Of a DNA stretch of 64,000 nt, positions 42,793-52,210 are shown one piece after another (position 1 is the first letter of the stretch; each line of letters opens with the position of its first letter). Origin of the DNA: Phaeosaccion multiseriatum (taxonomy: Eukaryota > Protista > Ochrophyta, other classes); contig OZ218958.1 of the NCBI GenBank assembly GCA_965112735.1, forward strand, positions 2,046,001 through 2,110,000, read 5' to 3'. A model generated the notes under the pieces. That model was not told the DNA's origin. It did no database searches and saw only the letters and a program-made list of their open reading frames with translations. The position numbers and the translations under genes are program-made.

Positions 42793-42903
42793 AACAATTT
42801 TTTGCGCTGTCTGCCTGATGTGTGTGAGACAGAGGTGAATACGTCATTAAAATTGAAATCGGGGGTTGTGACCCCCTTCTCCTTCTGTTATAGCTACTCC
42901 CAG

Positions 42904-43503
42904 ATGCAGGTGGTGACGCGCCCGCAGCAGGCTGTATGGTCTCACGTCAGTGGCGTCGACTTGGAAGTGACGAATGTGGTGTGGTGGTGCAATCTCGGGC
43001 GAAGGTTGAACGTGCACACAATTGCGAGCAAGGCAAAGTCGTGCGAGCTGCAGCAGGACAAGGATGCAGTCGCCATGTGCCTGAGCACTCGAGCCAAGGC
43101 TCTTGCATTCTCCAGTGGGAAGCTCATGATAACGCGGTGCGCTTCAGTCGAAGAGGCGAAGCAGTCTGCGGAGGCCTTTGTAAAGATTATCGATTCCATC
43201 CTCGCCACGCCAAGCCCTACGCACCTCAGGGAGTGCTTCCTGGAGACGGTGGTGGTCCGATGCACCTTGCCTTTCAGGCTCCGCTTGGAATGGCTGGACT
43301 ACTCAACCAACGCCGACATGGCGGCGAGCGCAGCGTGCAAGTGTGTGTACGAGCCGGAGCTGTTCCCGGGGCTCGTCTTCAAAGTGAAGAAATGCGTCCT
43401 CGTTGCCTTCGAGTCCGGGGCCTTGACGTGGACGGGTGGTAGCCTGCAAGATGTGCGAGCCGCCTTCGAGAGAATGTGGCCGGAGCTGGAGAGATCAAAG
43501 TAG
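42904..43503 (+). CDS. Divergent TATA-binding-protein-like factor, intronless
   Basis: Two TBP repeats: VTNVV..CNLG..LN, ALAFSSGKLMIT, then LPFRLRLE, YEPELFPGLVF and VAFESG.LTWTG. Confidence 0.88.
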   Translation: MQVVTRPQQAVWSHVSGVDLEVTNVVWWCNLGRRLNVHTIASKAKSCELQQDKDAVAMCLSTRAKALAFSSGKLMITRCASVEEAKQSAEAFVKIIDSILATPSPTHLRECFLETVVVRCTLPFRLRLEWLDYSTNADMAASAACKCVYEPELFPGLVFKVKKCVLVAFESGALTWTGGSLQDVRAAFERMWPELERSK

Positions 43504-43661
43504 CGAGAAGAGAGTTTTTGAGCCGAAAAGACGGGCTTGCTTTGTGCACCTCGAGCGAACTTTGATATCCTGCTGAACTCAGTGCTGCAGCAACGCGCTG
43601 CTCCGGGCGGCAATCGGGACTCCAGACTTGGCGCATCGTGATGCACACTCGCGGCCGTGCC

Positions 43662-43885
43662 GCATCTGTCCGTCAAGGCTTTGAAGGGCTTTTGTGGTTG
43701 GGTGGTTGGGTCGCGGTCGACAGAGAGGCTCGACTCCAGCACATTCGCACCAATCGCCACCGACTGCTGCACCTGCACGAGCAGCATCTGTCCGTCAAGG
43801 CGTTGAGGTCGAAAGCAGCGCGTTCGTGGTTGGGTCGTGATCGACAGGGAGCCTCGACTCGAGCACATTCGCACCAATCGCTCCC
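43662..43885. repeat. Degenerate ~122-bp tandem duplication, with a third partial copy at ~44912-44960; probable TE relic
   Basis: GCATCTGTCCGTCAAGGC at 43662 and 43784. GCCTCGACTC(C/G)AGCACA occurs three times. Confidence 0.7.
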
Positions 43886-45241
43886 CGTACCCCTCCTACG
43901 AGGAGCTCAAGGCGCTCAACCTCAAGCCAATTGCAGTGGAGGTGTCGGCGCGGAGACTCCATAAGGCAGGACACTTGGTCCGACAATAGCGGAACCGCCT
44001 CCCAGAGGACGCGCGGCAGGGGGAGATGGCGCCACAGTGTGGGTCGTGTATCATGTCCATCTTCCACAACACGTGGGCGAAGTGCGTGGGTAGAGACCTG
44101 AGCGATCTTGACATGAAAGACACCCACGCGTGGGAGTCTCGGGCAGGAGCAGTGCAACAGCTCACCGCCACGGCTTCAACCCGCCCCGGCACCCTATGGG
44201 CACGGTTAGTCAGAGAGGCAGCCAAGAATGGCACACATTGACAGGGGGAAAAGCGCTTGAAGCGGTACCGAGCCCGACTGCTGAAGTCTACGCCCGCGTT
44301 TAAGGCTAAGAGGGGCGCTAGCGAGCGACGCCGCACCAGTGACACCCAGCAGTGTGAGAGAGGGTGGGGGGGCGAGAGCGAGGGAGAGAGCGAGAGGGAG
44401 GGCGAGGTGGCACATGAGTGGGCCAACGAGGGAGAGGGCAAGCAAGAGGTCAAGAGGGAGCAAAAGTGCGAGAGAGAGAACGAGGGAGGCGAACGGGAGG
44501 AGCGAGAGAGTGAGCGGAGAGAATCGTACAGGAGGGGAGAGAGCGAAAGCGAGAGGGAAAAGAAGATTGAGCAGGGCGAGAGAGGGGTAGGTGTGGTGAG
44601 AAATGGGAGTAGAGAGTGCCAGTAGCTTTGCCAGAGGAAGTTGTGAGGAGCCACCCCACTTGGACCGATAGCGCGGTGATTCGCCAGACTGGCGGTCTGA
44701 CCTTCCTCACGGGCGGGGCAAATTAGCTATGGTGCATAAATCAATTAGCCGGCCGCCCCTTCCGGACCCCAGTCAGCTCAGTTCAGTTGCTAAAATCAAT
44801 CCCACGATCCAATACAATATGAACCTGCAGTACCTACCGACCCTCTCACATGCTTCCGGGCCAACTTGTGCGTCTTCTTAGGACCCCAAGCCGCTTGTCT
44901 GAATACTACTATGATCGAGAGCCTCGACTCCAGCACACCCGCACTGATCGCCGCCGGCTACGCAACTCCCTCTGCCGGGTAGAGGTGCTTACTTTTATGA
45001 GCATCGAACGCAGCGTGGGAAGAGCAGTGTCGCCGCCCTGGAGGCTTTTTGACGTGACAGCAATTCGGGGTCGGTCTTAAGAGGCCAGATGCTTCGAGCC
45101 GTTGCCACAACTTTGCAGTACTCGACAGAGTAGCAGGCCCGTCAGCAGGTACTGGTATGCCCGTCAGGGATCGACAGTACGCCGGAAAATGGAGCCCGTG
45201 CTGCAAAAAAGGACTGTATGTATTTCTGTTAAGCGATATAT

Positions 45242-45650
45242 CCCTAAACCGCAAATTAAAACCCACTAAAGTGGGTCTTAAACTTTGGAGGCCCAAAAGC
45301 AGGTGATCCCGTCGGAGATGACCCATGCATCTCTCGTACAAAATGAAAGATCAAGATGTCCTTAGTCGGTATAGAAAGTTGTACGGGTAACGGGGGACGA
45401 GAAGAGGCCATTTGGGATCAAGGAAAATATTTTGACCGAGCATTTTCCTTCATCCCAAATGGCCTCTTCTCGTCCCCCGTTACCCGTACAACTTTCTATA
45501 CCGACTAAGGACATCTTGATCTTTCATTTTGTACGAGAGATGCATGGGTCATCTCCGACGGGATCACCTGCTTTTGGGCCTCCAAAGTTTAAGACCCACT
45601 TTCGTGGGTCTTGTAGACCCACTTTTGTGGGTCTTAAATTTGGTTTAGGG
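45242..45650. mobile_element. 409-bp foldback element
   Basis: ~160-bp arms (45268-45428 and 45442-45602) with one mismatch. Termini CCCTAAACC...GGTTTAGGG are flanked by AT on both sides. Confidence 0.88.
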
Positions 45651-45695
45651 ATGTATGATTCGTACTTTTTACATTTGCATACTGTAAACACTGCG

Positions 45696-46608
45696 TCAGG
45701 TCCTCTTACTGAAGAGCATGAGGCTCTCCACGGCCCGCTGGACGTCTGTCTCTGTTGGTGGTGCATTGCCCTCCTTATCTTCAGGACAGCCGCTACTGCT
45801 GTCGTCGGACACGGATGGGGTGGGAGAGTCGGCCGAATCCGCATGGCGGCGCTTCCCCCCTCCTTCCGACCCGCTGCTATGCCCATTGTTTTGGTCCGCG
45901 GATGCGTCCCCATTGCTGGACCCATTGTCCCCGATGCTGCTCCCATCGTTGTCACCGTTGCTCGAGCTGTCAGGGTTGCTGTCTCCCCCACTACTCGATA
46001 GCATTCTGCTACTCGCGCCACTACCGCTATTGCTCCCATTGTCCTCCTGAGAAGTGCAGTCCAGCTTTCGCTTCCTGTGACTTCGGCCCCGACCCACGCT
46101 TTGCCCTCCTCCGCTGCTTGGGGCGCCAACTGTTTCGTTATCGGCCCCGCTTCCGCTGCTGTTGCTGCCGTCTTCTTCACAGTATCCATCCTCCTCCACT
46201 TCATGGCCAGAACCCGACGCCGCTGAGCCGCATTCCGACCCGTTGCTGCTACCCGACGCTCCCTTTGCCAACATGCGGCTACTCTCGGACGCGGTCCGTA
46301 GCCCCAAGGTCGAATTCACCTTGGCCGCTTCGCTGACGGGGCGAAGACTGAGCACCACCTCCACGGGGATTTTCATCCCCTTGCTATCGCTTTGCGACAG
46401 CCGGACGCTTGTCCTAATCTCGCACCACACAGTACTCTTGTCCTGCCGAATCACGCGCAGCAGACACACTCCTTGCCGCGCCGCACTCCGCTGCCCACGA
46501 TGAGATCCATGCGAGGAGCCGTGGTGGCCAGTGCTGCTGCTGCTGCAGCTGCTGCTGCTGCTGCTGCTACTGCCCCTGCTGAAATGACTACCACTACTAC
46601 TACTACTT

Positions 46609-46640
<32 letters not shown>

Positions 46641-47619
46641 GCTCCTGCTCCTCCCGCTGCTACTGCTCCTCCCGCTGCTACTGCTCCTGCTGCTGTTACT
46701 GCCGCTGCATGCGCTCATGCTGCCAGACTCGAGGGCCGATGAAATGGTAAACTCTTCCTTCATCTGGGCAGCGGCCTGCTGGACGCGAGCAGAGTGGTCT
46801 CCCGTGACGATGGCCAGCACTGTGCTGGAGCCGGCGCCGCACTGGACGGAGCTGTGCCGGCCAAGGGCGTCCGCAATGAGGCAGCGCAGAGCATCGTGAC
46901 ACTCTGGCACCACGAGGTCAAACATGTTTGAGCCCTTCACGTCTTCTCCACGGTGCAGCAGGAAACGCTCGCACGCGTCGGACGCGTAGCTGATCTCTCC
47001 GCTGCGGTAAAGGGCCATGATCAGATCCGGCAGAAGAGACAGAATCCTGGCGTGCTTCTTCATCTGCACGTTATGGAGCGCCATTTCCTCAACCAGAGCC
47101 TTCTTTCGCGCGCGGCTTGTGCTCGCAGACTTGCGATTCGCCGCCCGCTTTACCCGCTTCTTCTCCTCCTGTCTGTTCCGCTCCTCCATGATCAGCTAAG
47201 AAGTCCACAAAGGGAGCGAGAGACAAGTAAAGGCTGTGAATAAATGGGGGGCAAAGAAACGAGACGAAGATGTGGCTCGCTAGTACACGAACCTTCATAT
47301 GGTCTAGGGACTCCTGCTCCATCGGCGGCAAAGCTGCTTGCAGCACCTGAGGACCTGCTCCAAGAGAGGAAGAGAGGAAGGGCACGGGCTAAGGCATGAA
47401 GGGTCCGTCCAGCATTCTTTAAAATGTCCACCACACACACTCTCTCGCTCATGGGAAGGACGGATGACCCAAAGTCCTACCTGCGGACGCCTTGCATGAG
47501 AGAGGTCCACCGGGCGCACGAGTCCAACCCGCGCTGCTTCCGAGAAAGTCTCCCGGAGGTCGCGCGGACAGGCCCATGGTTGCGCGGTATCCCGGCGCTC
47601 CTTGGTCCCGCTCCTTCAT
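45696..47619 (-). CDS. bZIP-PAS transcription factor (stramenopile type)
   Basis: Basic region KRAANRKSASTSRARKK, PAS region LPDLIMAL.RSGEISYAS, and PAC region LRVIRQDKSTVWCE...EVVLSLRP. The two 5' exons and the start are uncertain. Confidence 0.88.
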
Positions 47620-47908
47620 TCCCCCACAACCCTCCTCCCTCCCCAGTGCCAAAATGACCTGTCCTTCCGGCTTCTCCTGTGTCGTCCTACTCTTCCTACC
47701 CTGCGTTGGAGCGTGTGTGTTTAAGTTGTCCCTGGGTGTCCTTCTGTCCTCTAAGGCAGCCGAGCAAGTAGTTTTTTGTTTTTTTTTTTGTTTTTTTCCC
47801 AGCATGGCATTCACATGTGACACCTGGTGCGGCAAATTCAATTCAACATCAGGTCCCCTTTGGTTTTACTTTTAGTTCGTCGTCGGAGAACGTTATAGAC
47901 GGCAGTAG

Positions 47909-50050
47909 ATGGCACTTCTTGGGCCTTCCGCCCGCCGACGCTTTTTCGATGTGAAAGTTGCATGGATTCCCCCCCCCCCCTATAGCAGGGACACTCCTCC
48001 CCTCCGCAGCAGCAGCAGCCCCAGGAGCAGCCCCAGGAGAAGCCTCAGCCCCCTCTCCTTCTGGACTCGACAAGAAGAAGGACAGGGGGGGGGATGCCGA
48101 GGAGGTGCGGAGTGTGCTCACTCCCGCGCCTCCGGCGGAAGGGAGAGGAAAGGTGGTCAAGAGCCTGATTGCACTCCGGTCTCTGTCACTTCCTTCTCCC
48201 CAACCGGACCCCTCCTCGACGCCTGCTACTGCTTGTGGGAGGGCGGAAGTGGTCGTCTCGTTGCCATCCGAAGTGGACGACAAGCGGGCCAAGTTTGAGG
48301 CTCTTCGTTTGGTGTGCAGCTGCATTTGCGACGAGTTTCTCCATGTATCCGGCCAGGGTGAGTTGGGAGCCATGGACGCTCTCCGATCTGCTGCCTCTGT
48401 TGAGGTGTATGTTGCAAGGATTTTTTTCACCACACAGAGGACGTCCGCTTTTTTCCTCTGCAGATGTCGCACAGGACGCAGATATCCTGGACGCGGCAGG
48501 TATATCCCATGTCGTGAATTGCGCGGGGCCGCAGTGCCCAAACGCACTCGAGCATTTGGGGAAAATCAAGTACATGCGGGTCAACCTGTACGACCATCAC
48601 AGCGAAGACTTGACGTGGTTTATGTATGGCGTATTTGATTTCATACGCGAGGCGAAGCGTGCGGGGGGTAAGGTGAGAAATGCAAGATTCATCCGGACGG
48701 CGGTCCCGTGCTGCGTTCTGCCAAGGTGACGTGGGGACACGCCTGCATTCTTTTCGTCCGTGATATCTCAGGTGTTGATACACTGCGCTCAAGGTGTGTC
48801 GCGCTCATGTGCTTTTGCCATAGCGTGGATAATGTGGTCCCAGAATGTGACCTACGAGGAAGCGTATTCGATCGTACGCTCCAAACGGTGAGGAGTTTGT
48901 TTCTGGTCTCTATTGATTTGTTTCTTCGCCGACCCGTTCCTGACCCGGCGGCTTTGTTTTCGGCCCCGCTCCCGCCCCTCTCGCTCGGTAGAGCAATTTG
49001 CTCACCCAACGCTGGTTTTATAGGCTGTCTGCTGGAGTGGCACAAGCGTCGTGCTGCCCCGTCGAGCTGTCTTGCATGGAGAACCGCGTTTCACGTCCCC
49101 TTTTTCCCACATGAGGTGGTGCTAAAATTGTGCTCTCCCCCGCAAAGTGGCGCCCACAGTAGAGTGGTGGACGAGAGTATGTTCGACCCCCGGACCTGCT
49201 TGATTGTGGCTTTGCAGCCCACGCCTACGGCTTCTGAAGCGGGCCTGTTTCTGTGGGTCGGGGAGCAGAGCACCGCGTCCATGCAGGCGCTAGTACTGGA
49301 AGGGGTGCGCTGGCTGACCGAATATGAAGGGTTGCGGACAACACAAAATGTTACGGGGGGATGGGAAGGAGAATCTATAGTGTTTCAAGGGAGAGAGACC
49401 AAATCATTCTTACGTGCGATGGGCCGGGACGCTGGGATTGTCGCCACTCCTTTGACATTGCAAGTGGACCTGACGCCGACTCCCATGGCTGGGGAGGCTT
49501 CTGAAGATCACCACAATCAAGCGCCTGCCGCTCAGCCTGCCCAGGCACCGGCAAGTACCGATTCTATGGCCTGTGAAAAGGTCCGCCTCTTTGAATGCGA
49601 AAGGACCGAGGGCAGCACGACGGATAAGCCCTTCACCTGGAACCACATTGCAGTCTATGATGACCAAGACCTCGCCCCGGGCGGGTGCTTCCTCCTCGTA
49701 CAGGGACTTGGGTGAGTTGCTCTCTGATCGTAACCCCATGACTTTTCCGCGCTCCTTGCATCTTCAAGCAGCCCCCCCCCCCCCCTCCCCCTTACGCCCA
49801 ACGTCCCTCGTCTTAAAATGTACCTCTCTGCAGAAGGGCTTCCTTCGCGTGGCTGGGTACTGACTTCGACGGCATCTCCTCCAGCCCCGACCAACGCGAC
49901 AATGTCAAGTCCTTCCTGCTGACCGAGGTGAATTGTGGCGCCATGGCGCAATCTGCAGTGGATCATGAAGTGGCAATGCAGAGCGTCCAAGTAGTGTACG
50001 GCGGACAAGAAAGCGACAGCTTCTGGTCGCTCTTCGAGGCAGGCTACTGA
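47909..50050 (+). CDS. Dual-specificity (MAP kinase) phosphatase with gelsolin-like C-terminal modules, plant MKP1-like
   Basis: FLHVSG, GISHVVNCA, catalytic HCAQGVSRS, ICSPNAGF, LFLWVG, QGRET..F and GQESDSFW. The 5' end has an apparent frameshift in a C12 run. Confidence 0.88.
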
Positions 50051-50241
50051 GGCACAGGCAGCTGAGTTGGCTCAGGCCCCGCGGAGCATGTGCACGCGCG
50101 CGTTTGGATGCACCGCTCCCGTTGGATCTTGCGCACTTGAAGTGTCGAGAGGTCCTTTAAGAGGCCAGATAGCCCCCATCAACAAAAACGCATCCTCCGC
50201 GTGGGCTGTCTCACACAGTTTTTCCATGAGCCCAACTTTCG

Positions 50242-51024
50242 TTAGGCATTGCGTTTCCGCAGAATGTCTCCCGGACTGGGCAGCGGTCGTTGTTGCCAGA
50301 GTGGACCAGAAGCCGTGCTATCGGCCATCTTGCCATCCCCATTCATGCCATCACTCCACCTACCCTCACTGCTACCCGTAGGATCCATTGGATCAATCGC
50401 GCTTTCCCGTTTCTTCCCCCTCTTCTTTCCACTGGCGCCACCCTCGGCGTGCCCTGAAGGCCGTTTTCGAGACTCCGAGCCCCCCGAAACCTTCCCCAAC
50501 AGACTGAACCGAACAGCAGGGGTTTCCTCCTTGTGCTCATCCTCCTGCTGCTGCTCTTTCGGACTTTCAACCCCGCCTGCTGCCTCCTCCTGCATTTCCT
50601 TCGGCCGCTCCCATGTCGTCCGATCAGTGGCACGATCCCAAAAGTAGCAGCCGCCAGACGCATCCTTGACCTCTACCCAGTCGTCCGTCTTCTTCTTTGG
50701 CGCCGGAGCTGCCTTTGCCTCCTCCGCCGGCTCCGACGCTTTCTTCGCTGCCTTCCGAGCCATCAGAAACTCCCTCGTATTGTCTCTGTTCTTCGCCTCT
50801 GTGGACTTTGCCACCTCCTGCTTGCGCAACTCCGCGTCCGTCGTCGTCCGCTCGCGAGCTAGTGGATCGAGCCTCTTGGCGGCGAGAAACGCCCGAGCCT
50901 TATCGCGCGCCTCTGCGGCCTTCTGTTGCTTGGCAACTCTGTCTTTGTCCCATTCCGGCCCACCCATCTTTTGTGCTGTTTTGTAAGTTTTGTACTGTGG
51001 GGGGGGGGGGGGGCTGTTGTACAT
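50242..51024 (-). CDS. WW-domain protein, PQBP1-like, intronless
   Basis: WW domain WVEVKD...YFWD...TTWERP. The C-terminus reads DPMDP...WSDG...ADSTASGPLWQQRPLPSPGDIL. Confidence 0.85.
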   Translation of the reverse strand: MYNSPPPPPQYKTYKTAQKMGGPEWDKDRVAKQQKAAEARDKARAFLAAKRLDPLARERTTTDAELRKQEVAKSTEAKNRDNTREFLMARKAAKKASEPAEEAKAAPAPKKKTDDWVEVKDASGGCYFWDRATDRTTWERPKEMQEEAAGGVESPKEQQQEDEHKEETPAVRFSLLGKVSGGSESRKRPSGHAEGGASGKKRGKKRESAIDPMDPTGSSEGRWSDGMNGDGKMADSTASGPLWQQRPLPSPGDILRKRNA

Positions 51025-51175
51025 TTGTTTGGGGGGCTGCGACGCCCAACTCAAGAAGAGGAATTTAACTTTCAGCTCACTTTTTTTTTTTTTTGTGTGG
51101 CGTCCAATCTTGCTCCATAGCGTGTCTCCGCCTTCGGCTTAAACTGAGACTCTGCACGGCTAGCAACATCTAACA

Positions 51176-52191
51176 ATGGCAACTGATGAGCTTGTCACGT
51201 CCTACGCCGCCCTGGCCCTCTACGATGGAGACGTGAGTAGCGTGGACGTGAAGCTGCGACTGGGTGCCGACTTCTCCTAAACACCACGTTTCTCTTCCCC
51301 CCCAGGCCGAGATCACCTCGGACCAGCTGACCGCCCTCATCAACGCGACTGGAAACACCGTAGAGGCTTATTGGCCCACCCTTTTCGCCGGCATCCTAAA
51401 GGAGAACATTGAGGAGATGATCCTGGCTGTCGGTGGAGGGGGAGGTGGGGGTGGCGGTGGCGACGCTGCCGGAGGAGATGGAGGAGATGGAGCCGGTGCC
51501 GTGGAGGAGGAGAAGAAGGAGGAAGAGGTACGTTGGGGAGGCCTGCCAATTCCTTGTGAAGCCCCTCTGACACTGACGAGAGCTCCCGCCTGTTCTGTGC
51601 CCACCTTTTGTGTTTCTACAGGAGGAGATCGACATGGGTAAGGAGAGAGTGGACCAATCATTTCCCCTCGCTGGCAGGGAGTTTGTTCTCATTGTTGTCT
51701 CGTCTCGTCTGCTTTCTCCCCGCTGCTGTTTTTCGCGTTCCTACTTTGTCTGCTCGGCGCTTTTCCTCGCCTCGTGTCTCCTTACCATCAGGCGGAGGTA
51801 AGTTGCACCCACAACAGGGGGGGTCTACGCGTTGGGTTCGGGTTGAATACTGTTCTTTGCGCTACCTCGTGTGCGTGTTATGGCATGTGATGTCCTACTC
51901 CCTGCTGCGCCTAATCCTAATGTCCAAATCCCGTTTTGTGTGCTCCGGGCCTGCAATTTCCCGGGCGCTTCATCTACCATCTTGACAATGACTGCGGCGC
52001 GGCACAACAGGAAGTAAGTTATCAGAGGGAAGAAGTCATCTTTCAGTGCGTCGCTTCTCAATGATGTGTCGTGTATTGCTTTCCAATGAACAAGTCGAAG
52101 TAGTCGTCGTCTCTAATGTTTGCTCCCCCTCTCATTCTTGCCTCCATCAGTGGACATGTTCGGCGGAGGAGGAGATGGTGGCGACTACTAG
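51176..52191 (+). CDS. RPLP1: 60S acidic ribosomal protein P1; exons 51176-51232, 51306-51527, 51622-51637, 51792-51797, 52011-52013, 52151-52191
   Basis: SYAALALYDG, EITSDQL, VEAYWPTLFA and an acidic hinge. The spliced tail reads EEIDMGGGMDMFGGGGDGGDY*. Confidence 0.93.
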
Positions 52192-52210
52192 AGCTCCAAA
52201 TCTTAATACA

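Noticed and set aside
44257-44654. Glu/Arg-rich ORF and its antisense Ser/Leu-rich ORF
   Set aside because: This is purine-rich low-complexity DNA amid TE relics, with no domain or splice support.
45242-45250. CCCTAAA as an interstitial telomere
   Set aside because: There is only a single unit at each end of a foldback element, not an array.
45696-47189. Aureochrome call
   Set aside because: The PAS domain lacks the LOV GxNCRFLQ motif, so this is a non-LOV bZIP-PAS protein.
47962-47985. Apparent frameshift at the 5' end of the phosphatase (programmed frameshift or pseudogene)
   Set aside because: It falls in a C12 run. A 1-nt change puts either upstream ATG (47909 or 47962) in frame, so a homopolymer sequencing error is more likely.
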